A stretch of 64,000 bases of DNA from Blastocystis sp. Blastoise (GCA_039096225.1 JBBPEB010000030.1:310001-374000); one strand, 5' to 3'; shown: positions 14,201-32,699, counted from the stretch's first letter. Made by a program: numbers and translations. Notes: a model not told the origin generated them from the sequence alone.

Positions 14201-17174
14201 CTATAAGTGTGTTAACTTTTCAAAATGTATAAAAAAGGGTCTTTAGGTCAGAGATTCAAGACATTCAACTATAAGTAATATATGAAATAATGAGATCTAT
14301 ACTATGTGAAAGTTATGTCTAAAACTATTTTGATACACTGGATATCAAAATGGTGAAGTCTCTTTACAAGCGATATTGTTGACACTTTTATGTATAGAAA
14401 TGCTTTTTAGAGTGACTTTATTAATATTAATTCTAAAACTATGTGTTTAAGTCGTTAAAGTGAAAATGAATGTTGACTTTGTTGTGTTAGATTCGTTTTA
14501 GTTTTATGAAATGGTTAAAGAAAGTGTAAACTACCTTATTATAATCTATTTAAAATGATTTTACATAATAATGACTTTCAATACTTAACATTGTGACCCA
14601 TTTCTAAATTTATTAGCTTTAGAAACTCCATAATAATTAAAGCAGTAACTCAACTATTTATAAATACAAAATATATTTTTAAAATAATAAATAACAAATA
14701 TAATGATTCAAAAACGATTTCTTATTTTTTTTATAGTATTGTTTTTAGTTTTTCAGATACTATTCAAAAGTAAATTTTAATTCTTATATCAGGAATTGAA
14801 CCTGATTACAATCAATATATGATTGTAACTCTCCATATAGAGTATAAGAAGTGTTAATAAAATAATATATATAATATATAATAAGTAACATATTATAGAT
14901 AATAAGTAACATATTATAGATAATATTTAATAAATAATATATATTATATAATATATAGTAGATAATAAGGAAAGAAAGTGAATAAAAACAAAACACTTAT
15001 TATTCATTGCAGCCGCGGTCCGGTGCCGTTAGGCCCCGGACCTGCGGCGTGACCCTAGTAGATATATAATAATAATAATAATCAAAAAAACATATATATA
15101 AATAAAAAATACCTTGTCCTAATTCCCAGATAGAATATCCGATATTTCTTTGTTTACATAAATCTAAACGTTCTTGAATACTGTATAATGTAGGATAATA
15201 AACTTCATGAATTTTTCCATTTTTAATATATCTAAAAAAGAGAATATAATAATTAAATATAATAGATAAAAAAGATATATAAAAAGATATATAAAAAGAT
15301 ATATAAAAATGATATAAAAAATATATAGAATATAATATATATAAAATGATATAAAAAAATATATAGAATAAAATATATTGAATATAATACATATAAAATG
15401 ATATATAAAAATGATATAAAAAGAATATATATGAATAAATAAAGTTATAGAATACTTAAATGAATGTTCTTTAGAATCTTTATGAAATGTAAAAGGTACA
15501 TTCTGTGACATTAATATATCAATATAACCATTATTAATAATAGGTTCCGTTATATCATATCTATAGTATATATATATATTAATAATAATAATATTTATAT
15601 AATAATATTATTATATATATATATATACCCATAAAAAGCAATACCTAATAATAGTTTCTTTTGAATACTATTTTTAGTTGATTTTTCAAATAAATTCAAA
15701 AATGTATCAATATCATCCTCAACGTTCTATTTTATAATGAATAGATATGATGTATAGAATAGTATATATGATAATACATAAATATACGTGAATAGGAGCA
15801 TTAGGTCCAATTTTTCCTTGTCTTACACTGTAATCATAAGTCATTAATACAAAATAATCAATTATCTATATGTATATATATATAATTTTAAAAGATATAT
15901 ATACATAGATTAATATTTATGTACTTTAGAAATTGAATTTGAGATTGATAAAGTATTTAAGTGGTTCATATAGGCAACTATATAAATATATATATATATA
16001 TATTTAAATAACTAATTTATACAATAAGAAGGATTCACAGTTGAAATTAAAATAAATTGTTTATTTGGATTAATTGTATATAATAATTCACGAATTAATG
16101 TATATATAGATATTGTAGATTCTGTTAAAGGTAATTCTAACACAAATCCATCAAAATCATATTCATTAAGAAGAAGTGTCATTGAATTCAGTAGCGTTTC
16201 TTTATCCTATAGAAAAAAAATAACAAAAAAAATTTATATAGATATATAAATAAATAAATATTAATAAAACCATAATTAACAAAAATAGAATATATTTTTT
16301 TTAATTTTATTATAATAAATACTTGTGATTGAATGCCTTGTATATTAAAAGTGACACGAGGAAGAAGAAGAGGACAATGGATATTATGAATACAAGAATC
16401 ACGAATATTCTTTATCCATTCATCATTTATTGTATTTGATACTGATATAATAACACTATTATCTTGATCTCTATAAATATATATATATAGTATGTAGATA
16501 ATATATATATATCTATACTTAAAAAAAACAAAAAAAACATAAATAAATGTTATTTATAATTATTATCTATATTTTTATTTCATAAAAATTCTATATATAC
16601 TTTATTTCTAGCCAGCAAGGGGATAACATATCAAATTTTTCAATAAATAATGACGAGAAATCATATCCTTGTGAATATTATTAAGAAATACTCAATAGTT
16701 CATATGTTGATATTATTATATTAGAATTTATATTAGTACTTATGTAAAAAATATTTATATATATAAAGATATTTGTATTCCATGACGTTAGAAATCCAAG
16801 GCTAGGATTTGTGAAATGACGGTGAGTAGTATTTGAACTATATCGTTGATATTCATCTAGAATCACAGAACGAGATAATTTTTGTGTTACTAAATGACGT
16901 TCAAAAACCTATATATTGTCAAACAAGAATAATATATATAAAAATATACGATTTATATATATATTATAATTATTTATATATCGAATATATTATAAATCGT
17001 TTAAAGCATATAAATCAATATATATACGGATTCTTCTGGATGTTTTGGAGTAATATCTTTTAAGACATATTTCTTTTGAGGAATCGATAATTTAGATCTT
17101 CCTTCTGATATGTCCAGCATACATATAATTAAAAAAAGAAATGAATAGCACGATAATGAAAAACAGCAGACCAT
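8595..17174 (-). CDS. CHID1: Chitinase domain-containing protein 1 (GH18-like); last intron interrupted by a Helitron; possibly decaying
   Basis: Signal peptide MVCCFSLSCYSFLFLII, then LGFLTSW, KFDMLSPCWLEI, LLLPRVTF, YDFDGFVLE, LMTYDYS...GPNAP, KLLLGIAFYG, EHSFKY, HEVYYPTLYSIQERL...GYSIWELGQG. The family terminal exon GLDYFFDLL* is at 8595-8623. Confidence 0.88.
9240..10300. repeat. Diverged tandem repeat inside the Helitron (~245-bp subunits, ~490-bp dimer)
   Basis: GAGATTCAA...AAACTAGAG...AAAAGAAG...CAAAGTGTATGA(C/G)CAAATG recurs at ~9306 and ~9795; GAGATTCAA again at ~10039. Confidence 0.75.
10567..10633 (-). ncRNA. tRNA-like cloverleaf, copy 1 (non-canonical, non-decoding)
   Basis: Minus strand reads CTTTATG CTCT-AGAAGG-AGAG AAACAATC-ATTATA-GATTGTTT TCAGG-TTCAATT-CCTGA CATGAAG. 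Perfect B-box, T-runs downstream. Confidence 0.75.
10640..11850 (-). ncRNA. Putative spliced non-coding transcript inside the Helitron
   Basis: Exon-like segments 11631-11714 and 11401-11483 are bounded by TAG|...|GTAT; donor at 11810-11811, acceptor at 11189-11190. The 84-nt exon has stops in all three frames. Confidence 0.5.
10731..11160. repeat. Polypurine (GAA/GAAG)-rich low-complexity tract
   Basis: About 430 bp almost entirely G/A on the + strand. Confidence 0.9.
12084..13400 (+). other. Array of about 12 micro-exons (mostly phase 1-1, GTTCTTC...(G/A)AAG) inside the Helitron
   Basis: Exons 12183-12254 (72), 12305-12367 (63), 12418-12489 (72), 12563-12625 (63), 12676-12747 (72), 12824-12871 (48), 12928-12960/12970, 13035-13088 (54), 13139-13210 (72), 13289-13319 and 13355 onward, each between TAG and GTA. 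An in-frame ATG exon is at 12084-12144. Confidence 0.8.
13880..14880. repeat. Diverged duplicate of the ~9700-10660 block (offset about 4.2 kb), including the tRNA-like element
   Basis: GGACGAGATTCAA at ~14003 matches ~9790; CAAAGTGTATGACCAAATG is shared; GAGATTCAAGA at ~14251 matches ~10039; TCAGGAATTGAACCTGA at 14789 matches 10574. Confidence 0.8.
14781..14850 (-). ncRNA. tRNA-like cloverleaf, copy 2 (non-canonical, non-decoding)
   Basis: Minus strand reads TTCTTATA CTCT-ATATGG-AGAG TTACAATC-ATATATT-GATTGTAA TCAGG-TTCAATT-CCTGA TATAAGAA, with compensatory changes relative to copy 1. Confidence 0.75.
15012..15058 (+). terminator. Helitron 3' terminal hairpin plus CTAG
   Basis: GCCGC GGTCCGG T GCC GTTA GGC C CCGGACC T GCGGC then gtgaccCTAG; an extreme GC island in AT-rich DNA. 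Confidence 0.9.
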
Positions 17175-17320
17175 TTCTGAAAATATTTTAACTTTTATAT
17201 AGATTCAACAGTATATAGATATATATAAGATTGATATGAGCTTATTAAGTATCGTATACAAACAATAAAAATGAGTTCGTTTTGTATATTATTATTTTCA
17301 AGATTTTTGTAACACAATCC

Positions 17321-19975
17321 TAGAGATTTACAAAAAACCGTATATGAATATATCACCGGTTTTTTTTTGAGAAAACCGTATATACGGTTTTTTATTTTAC
17401 TTATATCTCTTTTAATGTTTTTTTTTTATTGTTTATTAATTATGTATATTCATAAGAATTATAGTTGTAATAGAAAGAAACTTAGAAAAAAAAGAAACAA
17501 TTCCATTTGTTGACATTGTTCACAAAGTATCTTCGAATTTATTGTTTACTATATTATGATAATGTTAATTATGTTATGTATATATGTAAAAACTAATATT
17601 GTTGAAATACTCATGATATAAGTACTATTTTATAAGCAATTAATTATTTAATTTGATATTTTTTATACTATAATATTTCTCCTTTACTATAAATGCTATT
17701 TAATACACAATAAACTAATATAATCAACATTTGATGAGCTTTAAAAAACTACATATTCTGTGAAATGTTTTTAATATCTTTCAGATTAATGTGCTCTATC
17801 ATGTCAACATCTTCATAAATAATTACATATCATAAATTATAACTGATATTACATTTTCACTGATTGTACATTGATTCTATTTTTATTTGACTCATTAATA
17901 GTAGTAATGATTCATTTATACTTTATATCTCTCTATATAAATATTTCATGCTTTTAATATAGCTATAACTAGTATTTAAGAGAATAAAAACATCATTCAT
18001 TTTATGATAGATAAATTTCAATGAAATTATAATAATATTATAAAATACATTGAGAAGTGATGATATATATCATATTATGTAATTATTTATAATATAGAGT
18101 CAAATATAGCCGATAATGTAAAAAAATGTTATAGTCACGGATTCATTGTATTTCCAAAAGAAGTTACTTCATTTTATATTGATAAACGCAGATTAGAGTA
18201 TTGAATAAGAACAATTAACTGATTCAATCAAAATGGACAAAAAGTGATTACTATCAATAGAGTTTAATCTACCCATAACTTGCTTGAGATTATCAGAAAC
18301 AGTTATTATATGTTTGTAATATGACTAGATTAAGCTTAAATCTCTTTATTGTCTATATAATCTAATTAATAATAAAATATTTCTAAAAGAATATCAAGAA
18401 ATAACTTAAATATATGAATAAGCCTGATATAACACTTATAAAACAAAAAACAATTTTAAAAAATTAATATTTGACTTTATATAAGTAAAATAAAATTCAT
18501 ACAGTCCTAATAAAATTTTTTTGGACTTGAATAAAATTCTTGTTCGAAAAAATATTTATGGTTTTTTATAATAAAATTAGTTTCAGTATGATTATATTTA
18601 CGATTCAAAATAATAAAATTTAATTGAGGATTAATATAATTCTTGTTTTACTTTATTTTTGTAATAATAGTTTTTATTATTCAAAATTATTTTTAGTGAT
18701 TTAATAGTATGTTGATAAGCAGGGGATGACAAGCTTTTTTATAAGAAAGTGAATTATATTGATCAATTCAGAAATTGAGTTGCTAAAATTAGTATAATTC
18801 AACGAAAAGATTGATAATATAATATAGATAGTCTAGTAGTATGGTTTATAAACATAATAAATACATTATGTTTTCAATAATTACTTGTAGTTTAGTTATT
18901 TTTAGATATTATGTGGTTTGTAATAGTGCATTTCTTAGATTATTGTAATATAATTAATATTTTAAATATTAGTCTACCTAATATTGAAAAGTAATGATAA
19001 TGCTGATTAGAATCTCTGCTTGAAAAAAGCAACAATTATTCTCATCGTAAAATCTTATATAACAATAGTATAGTAGCAATACCAAATAATAAGTTATTTT
19101 TCACATATAAAGTTCAGATCAACTACATAAACATGGATTATACATTAAATAATGGGAGTGCAACTTTTTATATTATTGGAGCATAGTAAAACGAATAATA
19201 ACTTTAAGATATGTGGCATATAAATATAATATGATTTCATAATTATGTCTATTCATAACCTATATTATCATCTATTTTCATTATTATTCGTAACTTATAA
19301 AATATTTCATGAAATATCTATTTATTTACATGTATTTCTACAAATGAAAAGCAGATTTGAAAAGAAGCAGATCTTTGAAATTTAATTATTTTTAAATAAT
19401 ATTACATTAATAATACATATATCTAATATAAATATAAGGTTATAAACAATATATTGCTAATCAAATATCTAAAAAACTCAAAATGCTGATTATGTTCAGG
19501 ATTATATGAATAAAGGTTACAATAAGAAGGAATACATATAAATTTGAATATGCTCAAATATGTCATCCTTCTCTATTTGCAAGTAAAACAATCAATTATG
19601 GAAATTACCCTTATTTTAAACAAGAAAATGTATTTCCCCTAATTAACATATTATGTAGAATTGAAAAATACAAACTAGAGTGTTTAATTCATCTAATTAC
19701 AAAAATAAAGTAAAACAAGAATTATATTAATCCTCAATTAAAATTTATTATTTTGAATCGTAAATATAATCATACTGAAACTAATTTTATTATAAAAAAC
19801 CATAAATATTTTTTCGAACAAGAATTTTATTCAAGTCCAAAAAAATTTTATTAGGACTGTATACGGTTTTAAAACCGAATATGGAATTTTGACTGAGAAA
19901 TGAAAAAACCGTATATACGGTTTTCTCAAAAAAAAACCGGTGATATATTCATATACGGTTTTTTGTAAATCTCTA
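17321..19975. mobile_element. Non-autonomous hAT (Ac-like) element, 2655 bp
   Basis: ~73-bp TIRs TAGAGATTTACAAAAAACCGTATATGAATATATCACCGG...; 8-bp TSD CACAATCC at 17313-17320 and 19976-19983; AAACCG subterminal repeats; no transposase. Confidence 0.93.
18502..19859. mobile_element. Tc1/mariner-type non-autonomous element nested in the hAT element
   Basis: ~165-bp near-perfect TIRs, starting CAGTCC and ending GGACTG, flanked by TA on both sides. Confidence 0.88.
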
Positions 19976-20054
19976 CACAATCCTATTGAAAAACAGAGAT
20001 TTCCATGGAATCACTTGAATTCTATATATCTACGAATATTTCTTTGGATTTACA

Positions 20055-20359
20055 ATGAATTTTGTTAAAACGTAATTGATAGTATTAACCTTATTTTATA
20101 CATATATAGTTTGATTAAAATTCCATCAGTTTACAAGAGATCCTTTGGAACAAACGAGATACCTATCGAGAAACCAAAAGAAAAAGTCATTGCTGAGACG
20201 TCTACAGAGAAACCAAGAAAGCCAAAGACTGTAGTTCAAAAAGCTAATCGAATTGCTCATACATTTCGAATAACGCCTTTATTAATTTTAGTGGGTGCTA
20301 CTGGATTGTTAGTAGCAGCAAAGATACATATGGATAATAATCGTGAAAATAAAAAATAA
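20055..20359 (+). CDS. Small single-pass membrane protein, probably targeted to the mitochondrion/MRO (2 exons)
   Basis: ATG exon MNFVKT spliced to LIKIPSVYKRSFGT... (presequence-like), C-terminal TM segment ITPLLILVGATGLLVAA. Confidence 0.65.
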
Positions 20360-20581
20360 TAAAAAATAAATAGTTAATTTGCAAATTAGTTCCATAAATT
20401 GTTTTGTTTCATTATATTAAATTTAAAAGAAGTATATATAATTTGATTCATAGTCAAATAGTATATAACAGTCATAAATCATATAAAAATTGAAAAAAAA
20501 AAAAAAACAAATAATTAAATATGAATTATTAAAATGAAAGAATAGATTTATTCAATGCAATAAATGATAAATATAGATTGT

Positions 20582-20815
20582 TTAATAATCAGCATTCTTA
20601 GGCCATCTAGGGAAAGGAATAACATCACGGATATTTTCTAAACCAGTAATAAACATAATAAGTCTTTCAAAACCAAGACCAAAACCAGAATGAGGAACAG
20701 TACCAAACTTTCTTAAATCAAGATAGAATTCAAGTGATTTTCTATCCATATTCATCTCTTCCATCCTATATATAGATGTGTATTATAGTTTATTATAATA
20801 TTTATTATTATTATA

Positions 20816-20846
<31 letters not shown>

Positions 20847-23131
20847 AATATTATTATTATATAATAATATTATTATTATAAATATTATTATTATAAATAT
20901 TATTATTATATACTTCTTAACAAGAACATCATAATTTTCTTCTCTTTGAGATCCTCCAATAAGTTCACCAATCTATATATATATATATATATATACATAT
21001 AATATATACATAAATATATTATGATTTTTATTATTTTATATATTTATATATATACCTTAGGAACAAGAATATCCATAGCTCTAACAGTAGCATTATCAGG
21101 ATTCAATTTCATGTAGAAAGCCTTGATTTCCTTAGGATAATCAGTTACAATAACATATAGAAATATATAGTACACATATATATGATATAATTTTAAAATA
21201 TTTAAATAGGTATATATTATGTAATAATAAATATAAATATAATAAATATAATATAATAATAATAATAAGATATATATATACAGGTTTCTTGAAGATGACT
21301 TCAGTAAGATAACGTTCATGTTCAGAGGCCATATCCATTCCTTGATAGGGCTTCATTTCAAAAGGATGTTCTTTAGAAGCTTCGATAACAAGATCTACAG
21401 CTTCATGATAAGTAACATGAGCGAAAGGACTTTCTAAAACATTATGAAGACGTTCAGTAAGACCCTTTTCATAGAATAATAATAAATAATAGAAAAATAA
21501 ATAATAGAAAAATAAATAATAGAAAAATAAATAATAAATAATAATAAATAAAAAAATAATAAATTAAATAAAAATAATATTAAAAAAAAAATAAATTAAA
21601 TAAAAAATAATCTAAATCCCTTTTCAACGTTCTTTTCAAAGAAGGCGATATCATCAGTATTATGTTCTAAGCAATAAGTAGTACAGAACTTGACATAATC
21701 TTCAGCTACAGCCATATCAACATTAAGATCAGCGAAACTATAGATATATTATAAATATAGAATAAAGAATAATCATAATATATACATATAAATAATTTAT
21801 TAAATATTATTTATACAAGTTATTCATAATACTAGAATATATAGAATAATATATACGCCATTTCAGGTTCAATCATCCAGAATTCAGATAAATGTCTAGA
21901 AGTATGAGAATCTTCAGCTCTGAAAGTAGGTCCAAATGTATAGACATCACATAAAGCAGTACAATAAGTTTCAACATTTAATTGACCAGAAACAGTTAAC
22001 TTAGCATGACGACCAAAGAAATCTTTAGTATAATCAATCTTACCATCCTTAGTAGTAGGAAGCTTAGCCTATATATATATATTGGTTAATATAATATAAA
22101 AATATAATACAATATAATATTATATAATATAATATAACATAATATAATATAATATAATATACATCTTTATCATTTAATAAAGTAGTAACAGTGAACATTT
22201 CACCAGCTCCTTCACAATCAGCAGTAGTAATAAGAGGAGTATGTACCTATACATATAATATATATATATATACTTGATAATCATAACTAATATATATATA
22301 CATATTTGAATCCTCTTTGTTGGAAGAATAAATGAGTAGCAAAAGCACAAGCATTACGAATACGAGCAACAGCACCAATCTATATATATATATAATATAT
22401 AATATATATATTACACTTACAAAAATTTAAAAACATAATAATTAACAATATAATAATAAATAAAACAATAAATAAAATAATAAATAAAATAATAAATAGA
22501 ATAAATCTAATATATATAGTATTAGTTCTGACTCTAAGATGAGCAATATCTCTAAGATATTCTAAAGTATGTCGTTTCTTAGCAAGAGGATAAGTCTTGG
22601 AATCACAAGTACCAAGAATAGTAACTTCAGTAGCATGAAGTTCAACAGCTTGACCAGCAGCAGGACTCTTAACTAAAACACCCTTAACCATCATAGAAAC
22701 ACTAACACTTCCACTCTTAATAACTTCTTCAAAGTTAGATACCTTATCTTTATCAACAATAATTTGAATAGATTCAAAACAAGAACCATCATTAAGATTA
22801 ATGAAACAGAAAGCACCACCTCCTTGAAGACGTTGAGTTCTAGTCCATCCACCAATAGTGACGTTCTTACCAACAAGAGATAAACCCTTATCTTTAGTAT
22901 ATAATATTTATAATAAGAAAAAATAGTAATCATAGCAAAAATAATCATTTAAATGACTTAGAATATAAACATACTAGTGATTAAGATATCTCTGATGAGG
23001 ACTCTTGATCTTTCAAATTTATAACCGTAAGGGAATTCACAATCACAGACGGAATGATTAATAGTAACAGGTTGAACTTCTTCAGTAGCAACAGGAACTT
23101 CAGCAATAGGCTCTTTAGCTTTTTCAGACAT
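20582..23131 (-). CDS. asnS: Asparaginyl-tRNA synthetase (bacterial AsnS/organellar type)
   Basis: [120 protein letters not shown]. Confidence 0.96.
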
Positions 23132-24660
23132 CGTTATATATACTATACACAGAAATATGATGATCTATTCTTTATAGTCACATCATAAACCTCTCTTTTA
23201 CATGAATTCGAATAATCACGGAAAAATCAGGTTTGTCACCGCAATTTTCTTCTCACAAAAAATGATGAAGAAACCAAAGAAGGTATTGACAAGATGCGCG
23301 TCATTGGTATCTGCCAATGATTTCTACAATGAATCGAAATAAGCAAATAAAATGATCAAGAAACATCTAGAAAATTTTTGTGAACAACAAAAGCAGGGTG
23401 TGCCAAAACTGCGCTTTAAGCGCAAAGTGCGCTTTTCGATGTTGTTTTTGCGCTTAAATCTTTTATTTCATTTTTCTTTTAATTTTTATAAATCTACATA
23501 GAATAAAACGTTTAATAATTTTTAGAGGATCGAGATAAGCTCAATAATGATGTTTTTGACATTTTACACGAGGTTTGTGTTTGTTGATGTAATTTGATTT
23601 GTTGTTGAATAAATAATAACCTTACACATATTATAATTAGAGAGCAAATTGAATTTTTTAGCATTTTTAGAATGTTAATCATGTAGTTATAATGATTGAT
23701 TGTCTTTAAGTATTTAACAATTAGGAAAAAAGCGTGATTATGTGTAGATCTTAATAATATAGTAGTAGTAGAATCATAATAGCAATACATGCTTCAAATT
23801 TTTACAAAACTTTGAATTCTTTTTAAATTGGCTAAATACTGATTATTAGTGGTCAAAAAATTTTCAAACTCAGCTCATCAAGACGCATTAATTTACACAC
23901 TTTTCATGAAAAAAAGACCGGGTGACATAAAAAAGTAATTCATTCATTGACTATTATACTATGACATGACAGTTTTTAACTTAAAACATATTATTTTGAT
24001 ATATAATGTATAAATGTTTTGAAATAAGTCATCTAAGAAGATTTTTGTGACACATGTTGTGACAGATACATGACTTAAAAGTTCATAAGTCATCAAATAA
24101 CAACAAGTATGATTCCTATATTTGACTATTTGTGTTAATTTGGGTGACAAATAAAAATTATTTTGTGACAAAAGTCAATTGCTTAAGATATTCTTTTGTA
24201 TATTATTTTAAAGACTTTTATTTATGTTTATAATGAAAAATAATGTCAATAAATACTAAAAAATATTATAAAAAATAATAATGTAATTAAAAAGTTTTTA
24301 TTTTTATAAAATATCATGAAGTAGTCTTGTAGGGACTGTACAGATACATCCTGACAAGTAATAAAAATTAAATAAACGAAAAGCATATTAAAATATTATT
24401 TTTCAAAAATCAAACAAAAAACAATACAATGAACAAAAGCTGGATTTGAAAAAACAATACGTCCAACAAAATGATTTTTAATAGCCTTATAAAATGGTTT
24501 TAAAATGTATTTTATATGTAGAATAAGTCACACAACACATTTATAATATTTATATTATAAAATATATTGTTTTTATGTTTAAAAATAAAAAAATAAAAAA
24601 ACGGTTAGTAGTCACTAGCTTTGCAATTATTATATGACTTGATGAAAAATATTATAAGGG

Positions 24661-24731
24661 AGTTGTTTGGTCAAATGGTCAGTGCGTATAAAATTTTTAC
24701 ATAGTGGACGGATCGAATCTTACGAGGAACT
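24661..24731 (+). pseudogene. Degenerate tRNA-derived unit (A/B boxes and T-run), copy 1, in the hAT
   Basis: TGGTCAAATGG ... GGATCGAATC ... TTTTTTT at tRNA spacing; stems poorly paired. Confidence 0.55.
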
Positions 24732-25024
24732 ATTTTTTTAAACTTTTTCTTTTGACTGCTATTTACAATGATTTTATTTAAAATCAACTTTGTTTCATTT
24801 TTATTATCTGTAAACATTATTTACATCATTGATATCTGCTTTTTAGTTTAGAATCAACATATCAACAAACTTTTTTTTTCAAAAAATAGTAATTATTGTT
24901 TAAAAACAATTCTAAGTATTTCTAGAATGTTATAAATGTAATAAAAGAGCATAAATATAATATTTGAAGATATCAAATAATTTTAAACTTATTATATAGA
25001 ACACATGAAAAAATAAAATTGAGA

Positions 25025-25097
25025 AATCGGTTGGTATAGTTGACCAGCGCTGTAGCTATTATGGTAATTGTCGCTGGATCGAATCTCGCAAGAGGCA
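25025..25097 (+). pseudogene. Degenerate tRNA-derived unit, copy 2, in the hAT
   Basis: TGGTATAGTTGA ... GGATCGAATC ... TTTTT; about 365 bp from copy 1, with a similar upstream flank. Confidence 0.55.
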
Positions 25098-25267
25098 TTT
25101 TTATTTTTATTTCTTGGAAAAACATCTTTTTATGAAACTTGTTCTTTTATATATTTATTTTGATTATCTCTTGATACGATCATTTATTTTGGTTTAATTT
25201 AATTAACTTAGTTTATCAAGAGTATTCGCCTTGAGTATTTATTTTAATTTTTATAATCTGCTTTACT

Positions 25268-32350
<7,083 letters not shown>

Positions 32351-32699
32351 TGCTTAAAGTAATTATTTCATTGCTTCGTTTAGTTTGAATATGTTTGATG
32401 GCTTATATCAAATAAATGATAGCTTTATTTGCTCATTTATAAAGACATTTTTTTTGTATTTAGGTTAACTTTGTCAAAAATATTATGATTTATGGCCATG
32501 TATACAAATAAGGTGAAAAGCCTTTCATTCAGTCTGATGACAAAACTCATGAGTATCATATTTTGTTACAAAAAACTTCCTTATGTGTTTGATAAATTCA
32601 GCAGAATTAAGCATGGCTGAAAAAGTGTCACAAAATTTGGTGGCAAGTGTCACCAAAGTCAGGAAAGGACTGACTATTTGATTATTTTTAAAACTTCAG

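Larger units (their letters stand above)
8630..15058 (+). mobile_element. Non-autonomous Helitron, 6429 bp
   Basis: 5' end A|TCATTACTATATATATGAG at 8630. GC-rich hairpin at 15012-15048, then 6 nt, then CTAG|T at 15055-15059. No TSD. Removing it restores a 60-nt CHID1 intron ending ...tatatatctattctag. No Rep/helicase ORF is visible. Confidence 0.9.

Noticed and set aside
10567-14850. Calling the cloverleafs ordinary tRNAs or tRNA-Sec
   Set aside because: They lack positions 8/9, 26 and a variable arm, have an 8-bp middle stem, and their 6/7-nt loops are unconserved and give no consistent anticodon.
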